Assembly: GCA_965227405.1 (NCBI GenBank) | Contig: OZ245758.1 | Span: forward strand, 2,387,153 to 2,451,152 | DNA: 64,000 nt | Origin: Polyangiales bacterium | GTDB taxonomy: Bacteria > Myxococcota_A > Polyangia > Polyangiales > Houyiibacteriaceae | Reading direction: 5' to 3' | Part shown: piece after piece, positions 18,317 through 26,410 of the stretch | How positions within the stretch are numbered: position 1 is the stretch's first letter | Layout: every line of letters begins with the position of its first letter | Notes under the pieces: model-generated | Seen by the model: only the letters and a program-made list of their open reading frames with translations | The model's database searches: none | What the model was told of the DNA's origin: nothing | Made by a program: the position numbers and the translations under genes

Positions 18317-19424
18317 AGAAGAAGATCCTCGCAGCCCCGAAGAACGGCTGATCTACGACAAGCTCGACGAGCAGAAGAAGCTTGAGTACGGCGCAGAGCG
18401 AATTGCAGTTGCGGAAGAAGCTGTGCGTCTTGCCGATGCAGGCGGCTTTGAAGTTGCGGCATTCGATGCGCGCTTGGAGTTGGTTCAAAGCGCAGTGCTT
18501 GGTGGCTATCCCGAAAAGGGGTTTGTGGCGTTTGGTTGGTGTGCGGCCAAAAGCAAGGCAGAGCCGGAACGCTTCAAAGAAAGCAAGTCGCTCGCGGGCA
18601 TCTTCCTTCTCGGCGTGGATGTGCTTTGGACTTACAAGTGGATGACCTTGCAGGTGCCTTGGTACCCGCAAGTCACGCTTTCGCAGATGAGTGAAACGCT
18701 GCGCGACATGGAGGCGCGCTACCGAGCCCACAACCTTTCGTTGCGGCCGCTCTATATGGCGCACGTCCGGTGCATCCTCGAAACGGGTGGCGACCAAGAC
18801 GAAGCCAAAGACTACTTTCGCAAGTGGCAGTTCGCGCCTCGTGACCTTTACGCAGACTGTGAAGCCTGTGAGATCAGTTTTCAGTCCTACTACTTCGCTG
18901 AGCGGGGGGATCCCGAGCGTGCGATCCAAGAAGCCGCACGCCTGATCTCCGGAGAGAAGAGTTGCGCCGAAGTTCCGCACAATACCTACGCGCGTCTGCT
19001 CGACTGTGCGCTTGAACTCGATCGCAACAACGACGCCGCGCGGTGGCACGAGGTCGGCTATCCGATGGTGCAATCCAACCGCGACTTCGTGTGGAACGTG
19101 TCCCGCCACATCGCGTATTTGGTGAAGATCGGAAACCTCGACAAAGCCAAAACGCTGGCAGAGCGGCATCTGGATTGGGCGGTCGACAACCGCGTGATCG
19201 ATCGACGCATGTGGTACTTCGCTGCGCTCCGCGATCTCTTCGCCGCGCACGATGGAAGCGTGCAAGCCAAGCTCTCGCCGAAGCTTTCGATCTACGCCGA
19301 GGACGGGACGTACGACGCAGCCGGGTTGAGCGCGTTCTTCGCGGACGAGACGGCAGCGATGGCGAAGCGCTTCGACGAACGCAACGGCAATGCGTACGTT
19401 TCGGATCGTATTGGCCGTGCCTGA
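18309..19424 (+). CDS. hypothetical helical protein, paralog 2
   Basis: Start ATG 18309 (MTEEEDPRSPEE) overlaps the upstream stop by 8 nt. Shares DCxACE, AEVPHxTYA and HxVGxPMVxSNxDF blocks with paralog 1. Confidence 0.6.
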   Translation: MTEEEDPRSPEERLIYDKLDEQKKLEYGAERIAVAEEAVRLADAGGFEVAAFDARLELVQSAVLGGYPEKGFVAFGWCAAKSKAEPERFKESKSLAGIFLLGVDVLWTYKWMTLQVPWYPQVTLSQMSETLRDMEARYRAHNLSLRPLYMAHVRCILETGGDQDEAKDYFRKWQFAPRDLYADCEACEISFQSYYFAERGDPERAIQEAARLISGEKSCAEVPHNTYARLLDCALELDRNNDAARWHEVGYPMVQSNRDFVWNVSRHIAYLVKIGNLDKAKTLAERHLDWAVDNRVIDRRMWYFAALRDLFAAHDGSVQAKLSPKLSIYAEDGTYDAAGLSAFFADETAAMAKRFDERNGNAYVSDRIGRA

Positions 19425-19797
19425 GTGGAGTCCTGCCGAGCACGTCTTGTTCGCGCATATTGAGTCGCGCGACCCATTTGGTGCCGGCTACCTCGAACCT
19501 GACGATCCGATGATCCAGCAAATCGCGCGTGCCGATTGCTTTCGACGAGTGACGCTCGATCAGATCACCAACCCGGCATTGTCCACTGCGCTCGACGAGT
19601 TGCGTCGCAACATGGGCAAGCACGAAACACACGTCTTTGCGATCTCCGATCCAGGCGGAGAACGCGTAGGGTCGCTAGTCCTGCTTTGGACGAAGTGGTC
19701 GGATTGTGGGTTTGTTGTGTTGGATGAGACCGGACGCGTCAGGCACACCCACCTGGGTCCAACCTGCTTGTTCTTCGAAGACGTGCGTTCGCTCTAA
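19390..19797 (+). CDS. small hypothetical protein (start uncertain, 19390 or GTG 19417)
   Basis: 135-aa ORF that overlaps the end of paralog 2. No motif recognised. Confidence 0.4.
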   Translation: MRTFRIVLAVPEWSPAEHVLFAHIESRDPFGAGYLEPDDPMIQQIARADCFRRVTLDQITNPALSTALDELRRNMGKHETHVFAISDPGGERVGSLVLLWTKWSDCGFVVLDETGRVRHTHLGPTCLFFEDVRSL

Positions 19798-20162
19798 CGC
19801 GCGTCCGTTGGCGCAGGTTCGCGGTAGCCGCACCGCACGTACAAAATCATCCAGGGCAGTTCGACGAGTCGAGCGACGAGGATGGCGGTGTCCAACGACG
19901 AAACGGGATCTGCGTCGCCGACAAAAGGTTGCGGAAACGCGAGCATCCCAAAGAGCGCGACGTGCGCCGCCGAGCCCGATGCCATCGCAATACGCGCCCA
20001 TCGATCCAACCAATGCCGGCTCATCCAAAGCAGTGCGAGTGGAACCAGTGCACGCAATGCTTCGCTCGCCAATGCAGGGAGAATCCACCCGCTCACGATC
20101 ACGACAATCGGAAATAGCCAGCGAGGGCGCACACCTTCCGGCAGCTCGGTCTCGCGTTGCAT
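19794..20162 (-). CDS. hypothetical membrane protein
   Basis: 122 aa with 3 hydrophobic segments. Convergent with the previous gene (4-nt overlap). Confidence 0.4.
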   Translation of the reverse strand: MQRETELPEGVRPRWLFPIVVIVSGWILPALASEALRALVPLALLWMSRHWLDRWARIAMASGSAAHVALFGMLAFPQPFVGDADPVSSLDTAILVARLVELPWMILYVRCGYREPAPTDAR

Positions 20163-20194
20163 CGAAAAGATCCTAGCAGACCCGCTTTGCGGCT

Positions 20195-20929
20195 ATGGTC
20201 GCGCGCATGTCGGACGACGACTACACGCCCAAGCCCGGCTTCTTCAAGCCCAGTACCCTTGCACCTTTCTTTGCGCTGACAGCGGTGTTTCACGCAGCGT
20301 GTGTGGCGAGCCGGTTCGATGAAGTCGCCAAGATGCTTCCGACGGGTATCGCAGGTGGACTCCTGATCGCGACCTTCCCGCTGATCTTCATCGAGGGCTA
20401 TTTCGAAAGTCGACTCGACTACGGCAAGCAGATGGACTCGCTGCCCTTGTGGATGAAGATCGACTCCAAGCCCGTGAAGATGTCGTTCACGTTCGCGTTT
20501 ACCTACCTCGGCATCGTGATTCTGCAGACGTGGGATGTGGGCATCGGACCCATCGATCCGACTCCGCCGCCCGAGTGGCCGCTTGCACAACGCGCGCAGT
20601 TCTTTGGAACGATGACGTTGGCGATGTTCTTTCCCAACTATCTGGCAGCGACGAGCTTCTTTGTTCCTGGACTGCGCTTTCTTGGAAAGCTCTTTCACAA
20701 GCTACCCGCGTACGCCGGAATCGGGATCCTCGGCGTGGTGGGTATTGGTGTGGGTTACGGAGTCGGCATGTTGTTGTCGAGCGCAGGTGCAACCTCGACC
20801 GTGACCTCGGTGCAAGACACCTGGAGCTCGATCACCGAGAAACCCGCGATCGCGATCGGACTCGCGTTTGCAGGTGTGTTGGTGCCGATGATCTTCGGAG
20901 CGATCAAAGGCAAAGGCGAAGACGACTAG
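20195..20929 (+). CDS. hypothetical polytopic membrane protein
   Basis: 244 aa with at least 6 hydrophobic segments. Abuts the next gene. Confidence 0.5.
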   Translation: MVARMSDDDYTPKPGFFKPSTLAPFFALTAVFHAACVASRFDEVAKMLPTGIAGGLLIATFPLIFIEGYFESRLDYGKQMDSLPLWMKIDSKPVKMSFTFAFTYLGIVILQTWDVGIGPIDPTPPPEWPLAQRAQFFGTMTLAMFFPNYLAATSFFVPGLRFLGKLFHKLPAYAGIGILGVVGIGVGYGVGMLLSSAGATSTVTSVQDTWSSITEKPAIAIGLAFAGVLVPMIFGAIKGKGEDD

Positions 20930-22492
20930 GTGTACGTCAAGCGGCATGGGTTCTGGTTCTACGCGCCCAACCTTGAGTTCAGCGACTGGATCGAAACTGC
21001 CGACGTCTCGACGTTCCAGGTGTTGAGTGCGTCCCACGCTCTAGATGCCGAGCGTGTCTATTGGTTTGGAAAACCGATCAAGGATGCAGACCCTGCCAGT
21101 TTCGTGGCGCTGTCTTCACTGGTCGGAAAAGACAACGACCAGCTCTACCTACAAGACAGCGTCTATCCGATCGACGTTGTTGATGTCGCCACGTTTGAGT
21201 CATTGGGCGAGAGCTACTACCGCGACGCGAACAACGTCTACTGCATCTGGTACAGCTACGACGCGTACGACTGTCATGTGGTCGACTGCGACCGTGACTC
21301 ATTCCGCGTTATCGACGGGACGTTCGCAGTGGACGCCAACTCGGTCTTCAACCACGGGTCAAAAGCAAACTTCGATGTCGCCTCGTTTGAGCGGCTGGGG
21401 CCCTACTTTGTGCGCGACGTCAACGACGTGTACTTCCTGCGCTTTGGTGGAAAGAACAGCGACCACGTTGCGGTCGAACCGCTAAGCGCCGACCCCAAGA
21501 GCTTTCGACTGCTCAACGACCGTTACGCGTGTGACGCATCATCGGTTTTCTTCTTCTACAACTGCCACAGCGTTGCCCGCGAGAGGTACATGTGGATCGA
21601 ATGCTCGCGCGTGGACGTCGATGTCGACGCGTTTCGCGTCCTGGCACGTCGTGATGACAAACACGACTTGCCCGATGCGACGGACGGTCGTTCGTTGTTC
21701 GTCTACGGCAAGCGACTTCCCGTGGACGACTTTTGCGTCGAAGAACACAACGGCGAGCATATTCTTGTCGGCGCGGATCTCGACGCGGTGTACGCGCTCA
21801 TCGCCGGTGAGGACGACCCCACGAAGCTTGGACCCATCGATCACCCCACGCGGATCCAAGACGAGTACCGACGTTGGTGGTTGGCGGGTGACGAATGTCG
21901 CTTGAGTGACGAGGAGCGTGCATCTCCTCGCGGGCGTCTGCGTCGTCACCTGCAGAAAGCTTGGTTGAGTCTATCGACGGTCGCTGAGTTCGACGCGATG
22001 CGCGCGACCATCACCTCCCACGGGCTTGTGGCGATGGAGTGGGACCTTTTGATCCGAGAAGCACAGAAGCGCTCCGTGGAGACTCCGCCCAACATTGATG
22101 TGCACATGGCGCGATACGAGTTCCTGTTCACTCTGCCCGTTGCGGATCCCAAGCAGTCGTGGGTTTACACGATGAACAACGTCATCTGTCGCGCACTTGA
22201 GTTTGCCGAACCTCCCCTGAGTTCGTTGGAAAGATGGGCAGACGTGGCGCGTGACCACACGGCAACGAGCATCAACCTGCCGCACAATCTGGCGTGTGTG
22301 TTTGCGCTGGTCGGTCGTAAAGAAGAAGCGTTTGCGATGTGCGAACTCGCGATGTCGATGGGCTACAAACCGTGGAAGACGATGCGCGATGACGCGCAGT
22401 TGCAAGCGCTGCACGACGACTCTCGGTTTCATGCCCTGTTCGAGGGAGTCGAAGAGATCGTCGACGACGAGGACGCCGACATTCCGTTCTAG
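20930..22492 (+). CDS. DKNYY-repeat family protein with helical C-terminal domain
   Basis: 520 aa. Repeated units of the form D.. VY... ADP/D..SF (DAERVYWFGKPIKDADPASF; DANNVYCIWY; DVNDVYFLRFGG...ADPKSF), as in DKNYY-domain proteins. Confidence 0.55.
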   Translation: MYVKRHGFWFYAPNLEFSDWIETADVSTFQVLSASHALDAERVYWFGKPIKDADPASFVALSSLVGKDNDQLYLQDSVYPIDVVDVATFESLGESYYRDANNVYCIWYSYDAYDCHVVDCDRDSFRVIDGTFAVDANSVFNHGSKANFDVASFERLGPYFVRDVNDVYFLRFGGKNSDHVAVEPLSADPKSFRLLNDRYACDASSVFFFYNCHSVARERYMWIECSRVDVDVDAFRVLARRDDKHDLPDATDGRSLFVYGKRLPVDDFCVEEHNGEHILVGADLDAVYALIAGEDDPTKLGPIDHPTRIQDEYRRWWLAGDECRLSDEERASPRGRLRRHLQKAWLSLSTVAEFDAMRATITSHGLVAMEWDLLIREAQKRSVETPPNIDVHMARYEFLFTLPVADPKQSWVYTMNNVICRALEFAEPPLSSLERWADVARDHTATSINLPHNLACVFALVGRKEEAFAMCELAMSMGYKPWKTMRDDAQLQALHDDSRFHALFEGVEEIVDDEDADIPF

Positions 22493-22653
22493 AGCACATC
22501 TCAAAACTCCCGCCGGCCGCTACGCCGCCACAGCACGCAAACTGATGCCATCCCCTCACGCTCGAAAATACGACATATTTCCTCGGTTCGCGGACGCACC
22601 ATCTTACGCACTCTGACGGCGGATCGACGGGCGGGAGTTTTGAGATGTGCTCT
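22491..22653. mobile_element. MITE-like element, copy 1 (163 bp, perfect 24-bp terminal inverted repeats)
   Basis: AGAGCACATCTCAAAACTCCCGCC (22491..22514) is the exact reverse complement of 22630..22653. No ORF inside. A second copy, roughly 85 percent identical by eye, lies at 44009..44163. Confidence 0.6.
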
Positions 22654-22694
22654 GCGATGTGCTCGCGCGCTCAATCTTGGTCACACTTCCGACC

Positions 22695-23396
22695 ATGAGG
22701 TGGGCTTGGCTTTGGGTATGCGTGGGGTGTGGTACGTCGATTCAACACGGTCCACCGCCCCAGATGCCCCAGGATCCTGCGGAGCGGTGTGTCGCCGAAA
22801 ACAAACTCACGTTCGTCGCAGGACACGCGGAGCTTCAAGGACTCAATCGCAATCCTGGCACCGTCACGATGCATTACTCGGGTGGTTCGTTTACCCACTC
22901 GAGCTTTCGACCGAGCACCAACTCGTATGCGCCGCGAACGAGTTTGACCGGATACACGCCCTATCTCGGCAGCGAACGCATCTCACCGAGCCGAGCGCTG
23001 AGCCTCTTGGGTGACCCGGAACTCGAACGCCGCTACGAAGCGAGTGCACATCCGTATCGTCGCGGACGACTTCGTTGGTTGAAACGTTTCACGTGGGTGA
23101 CATTGCTGATCGGAGCAACAGCGATGTTGGGTGCGGGCATCATCGAATCGCTCGACAGCGGTTACGATCCGGAGACCGATACGACCGATTGGAACAACAC
23201 GTTCGTGTATCTCGGGAGTTCGATCGGTGGGTACTTGTTGATGATTCCGTTCTTGCTGCTCGACCTTCCGCAACACGACAACGCCAACCAGCTGCAGGTC
23301 CGGCGCTCGATGTTGGTTATGCGAGAGGACATCGCACGCGACATCGCAGCCGCAAACGTGGCTCGTGACGAACGCCTCGCCGCCGACTGCCGTTGA
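22695..23396 (+). CDS. hypothetical lipoprotein / membrane protein
   Basis: Start moved to MRWAWLWVCVGCGTS (lipobox). Two TM segments near the C-terminus. The longer ORF starts (22640, 22647) lie inside the MITE-like repeat. Confidence 0.45.
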   Translation: MRWAWLWVCVGCGTSIQHGPPPQMPQDPAERCVAENKLTFVAGHAELQGLNRNPGTVTMHYSGGSFTHSSFRPSTNSYAPRTSLTGYTPYLGSERISPSRALSLLGDPELERRYEASAHPYRRGRLRWLKRFTWVTLLIGATAMLGAGIIESLDSGYDPETDTTDWNNTFVYLGSSIGGYLLMIPFLLLDLPQHDNANQLQVRRSMLVMREDIARDIAAANVARDERLAADCR

Positions 23397-23480
23397 TCGA
23401 AAGGGAGGCTTTGCCGAGGCGGGGGGAGGTTTTGGCGAAAACCTCCCAAATAAAGAAGTGTGTTGTTGCTTCGCTGAAGC

Positions 23481-24728
23481 TTGCGAACGGCGGGTTTCAC
23501 CCCAGGATTGAGTACGGTGCGCTTCTTTCTCTTCTTCGCTGTGGTGTTTTTCCTTTCGCTCGCCTTGGGCGTGTACGTGCACCGCCGCAGCGCGAAGGTG
23601 TTTGCGCTGAAGCGTCGCGCTCGATGGATCCTCGGCGTGACCCTCACGTTAGGCGTCGTGCTGCTTTTCGGCTCGCGCATGTTTCCCGGCTTGTCCGACG
23701 ACACGCGCTTTGTGCTCGCGGTGGTGAGCACCTCGGTATCGCTCGGGATGGGTCTCGCCGCAGTCTTCTTGATGCACATCGACGTCGTGAGCGGTTTGTG
23801 GTGGGGCGTCGATCGCGCGCTTCGCAAGCCAAGCGAAGTACGTGAGGAGCACACCGACGAAGCGGAAGAACCCGCGCAGCCCATTGCAATCGAAAACCCA
23901 GGTCGCCGCCGCTTCGTCACGCAAGGAAGCGCAGCCGCCATCGTCACCGGCATGGGATCCGGAAGCTATGGGGCGCTCTTTGGACGCACCGACTACGAGA
24001 TCGAAACCGTGCCCATTCCGCTGCCGGGTCTGCCGCGTCAGCTGGATGGCTACACGATCGTGCAACTCTCCGACATTCACTTCGGGACGTTCATCCAAGA
24101 CACCGAAGTTCGTGTGGCCGAAGAACTCGTTCGCAGCGCGCGTCCGGACGCGATCGTTCTAACCGGCGACCTGGTCGATCACGAACCGGAGTACGCCCAC
24201 TACGTCGGACGTCTCGTGCGTCGGCTCGGACCGCTGGCGCGTGATGGTGTGTTCGCAATTCCCGGCAACCACGACCACTACAGCGGTGTCGAAGAAGTGC
24301 TCAGTGCGCTGCGACGTGGTGGTGCAACAGCGTTGGTGAACGACGCACGGGGGATCGCCGAGGGACACATTGCGTTGCTTGGTGTCGACGATTTGTGGGC
24401 GCGCCGTGCGGGCTGGGGACCCAATCTTCAGGCCGCGATCGAGGCTGCGCCGACGGGTGTTCCGCGGATCCTTTTGGCGCACCAACCGGTGTTCTTCGAG
24501 GAGAGTGCCGCACATGTGCAACTCCAGCTAAGCGGGCACACGCATGGCGGCCAAGTCACGTTCGGGTACAACCCTGCGGAGATGGTGTTGCCGCACGGTT
24601 GGGTTCGTGGGCTCTATGACGAGCTGGGAAGTTCGCTCTACGTTAATCGTGGTTTCGGTACAGCTGGTCCGCCAGTGCGCTTGGGGAGTGCGCCTGAGGT
24701 TACGAAGATCGTCTTGGTTGCAGCATAG
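23481..24728 (+). CDS. membrane-anchored metallophosphoesterase (calcineurin-like)
   Basis: N-terminal TM segments, then QLSDIHFG, LTGDLVDH, GNHDHY and GHTHGGQ metallophosphatase motifs. Confidence 0.8.
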   Translation: MRTAGFTPGLSTVRFFLFFAVVFFLSLALGVYVHRRSAKVFALKRRARWILGVTLTLGVVLLFGSRMFPGLSDDTRFVLAVVSTSVSLGMGLAAVFLMHIDVVSGLWWGVDRALRKPSEVREEHTDEAEEPAQPIAIENPGRRRFVTQGSAAAIVTGMGSGSYGALFGRTDYEIETVPIPLPGLPRQLDGYTIVQLSDIHFGTFIQDTEVRVAEELVRSARPDAIVLTGDLVDHEPEYAHYVGRLVRRLGPLARDGVFAIPGNHDHYSGVEEVLSALRRGGATALVNDARGIAEGHIALLGVDDLWARRAGWGPNLQAAIEAAPTGVPRILLAHQPVFFEESAAHVQLQLSGHTHGGQVTFGYNPAEMVLPHGWVRGLYDELGSSLYVNRGFGTAGPPVRLGSAPEVTKIVLVAA

Positions 24729-24750
24729 GACTCCCTCTTTCGCCAAGTCT

Positions 24751-25136
24751 GGTTGGGCGAGTATTTTTTACCGGAAGATCAGAAGACGGGAAGACGGGAA
24801 GGTCTGATTTTCTATTCCTGCGACCTTGCGGATGCTCCACCGGATCTCTCGTGCGCACCGATCTTCGAGGCGTTTTTCACAACTCATTCGTCGGTCAAAA
24901 CGCAGTCGACGTGACACCAACGGAAGTCGTCCGCGGACGCGTTTTGATCTCATGCGTGTTGCTCGGAGGAAGGAAACACGAGCAAGACATCCGAGGCACT
25001 GAGCTGCGCAAAACGCCCCGGAGCTCGGAGCGAACGAGCGTTCAAGAGGAGGGACGCTGGCCGGCAAGAGAAAGAAAAAACTCTTCCCGTCTTCCCGTCT
25101 TCGGATCTTCCGGTAAAAAAATATTCGCCCCAACCC
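24751..25136. repeat. about 51-bp imperfect inverted repeats flanking a 282-bp non-coding core
   Basis: GGTTGGGCGAGTATTTTTTACCGGAAGATCAGAAGACGGGAAGACGGGAAG (24751..24801) versus the reverse complement of 25084..25136 (GGTTGGGGCGAATATTTTTTTACCGGAAGATCCGAAGACGGGAAGACGGGAAG). Sits in a convergent intergenic gap. Confidence 0.6.
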
Positions 25137-25264
25137 ACGACTCGGCGTCTATGCAGATCGCTGACGACGTTCGCAGTTCGCGCGACGCCTGCACGCGTGA
25201 AAAAAAAAATGGATTCACAATTTGGTCTTTCAAGATTTTCCACTGAAAAGGCAGACCAAAGCCA

Positions 25265-25969
25265 TCAGACCCCCCGCCGATCCCCCCACAGCAAAACATG
25301 CAGCCGCGTCGTCAGGTTGTAGCCGCGCTCGATACACACCGGCGCAAGCTCTGCACCGTGACGCGCCAGCGTTTCCGCATCGGTGCCTTCCGGCATCAAC
25401 CACACCCGCGAAGGTTCCACGCCGAGCTTCGCGACCAACGCGTGCGCTTCATCGAGGTCACCCTCGCCAACCACCAGTTTCAAGACCGAACGCTCAAGCG
25501 ACATCAACTCGGCGAGAGCGTTCGGCACAAAGCGCTTGTCGAGTGGATTACCTGAACTCGAAAGCTTGGGCGACACGTTCCATTGGTCGACTCGCGAGGC
25601 GAGGACACCGGGTCCGAGCGTGCCCGCAGTTTCGATTTCGACCCGGCTTTCGACGCGTTGCAGCAACGCGTGAATCGCTTCGGCTTGAAGCATCGGCTCA
25701 CCGCCGGTGATCACCAGATTGGAGCAGTGCGAAACACGTTCGACGACCTGGTCGATCGACAGTTCTTCGAGCTCTTCCGACATGGAGAACTCGTCCCACT
25801 TCCACGTATAGGGGGTGTCGCACCAGGTGCATCGAAGGTTGCAGAACCCCAGCCGGAGGAACGTGCTGGGTCGTCCTGTACTCGGTCCCTCGCCTTGAAG
25901 ACTGTCGAAGATCTCGGACACCAGCAGGTGGTCGGCGCGGATCTTCATGTGGATAGTTTGCGCGCTCAC
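25265..25969 (-). CDS. queE: 7-carboxy-7-deazaguanine synthase (radical SAM)
   Basis: VSEIFDSLQGEGPSTGRPSTFLRLGFCNLRCTWCDTPYTW is the QueE signature (CxxxCxxC variant). The start may be the internal MKIRADH (25948). Confidence 0.85.
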   Translation of the reverse strand: MSAQTIHMKIRADHLLVSEIFDSLQGEGPSTGRPSTFLRLGFCNLRCTWCDTPYTWKWDEFSMSEELEELSIDQVVERVSHCSNLVITGGEPMLQAEAIHALLQRVESRVEIETAGTLGPGVLASRVDQWNVSPKLSSSGNPLDKRFVPNALAELMSLERSVLKLVVGEGDLDEAHALVAKLGVEPSRVWLMPEGTDAETLARHGAELAPVCIERGYNLTTRLHVLLWGDRRGV

Positions 25970-26001
25970 CCCACCGGTGCGCTACCGTTCGTGAGGGGAC
26001 C

Positions 26002-26361
26002 ATGCGACTTCTTGCACTTCTGACGTTTCTCGCGCTCGCTTGTGGTGGTTCAAATCAGAACGACCCGCCGCCGATCTACACGCCGCCCGAGGGCGAAGAA
26101 GAACAAGCGCAGACGCAGACCCAGCCCGAACCTGAGCCGGACCACAGCAACGAAGCCGAAGCGCTCAACGTCGCGTTGGCGCTGGCCGAAGCCGAAGGGC
26201 ACAACGTTGCCGATTACTCGGATATCGTCGTCCATAAGAACGAAGACGACGATTGGGTGGTCCAGCTCCGCCGACCGCGCTTGCATCGGTTCCTTGAAGT
26301 CATCGTGGATCACCGAAGCGGCGAAGGTGTTCTGAGCGTCCGCAGCAGCGGACACCACTAA
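26002..26361 (+). CDS. small lipoprotein, hypothetical
   Basis: MRLLALLTFLALACGG lipobox, 119 aa. Confidence 0.5.
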   Translation: MRLLALLTFLALACGGSNQNDPPPIYTPPEGEEEQAQTQTQPEPEPDHSNEAEALNVALALAEAEGHNVADYSDIVVHKNEDDDWVVQLRRPRLHRFLEVIVDHRSGEGVLSVRSSGHH

Positions 26362-26410
26362 GCCCCAACAACGCAGTTTGAAGCGGCCTGGATCGTGCAG
26401 CGCATCAAGC

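Noticed and set aside
24768-25133. 121-aa ORF inside the 24751..25136 inverted repeat as a transposase or small protein
   Set aside because: Both of its ends are created by the repeat arms. It has an Arg-rich low-complexity translation, no RBS, and is far too short for a transposase.
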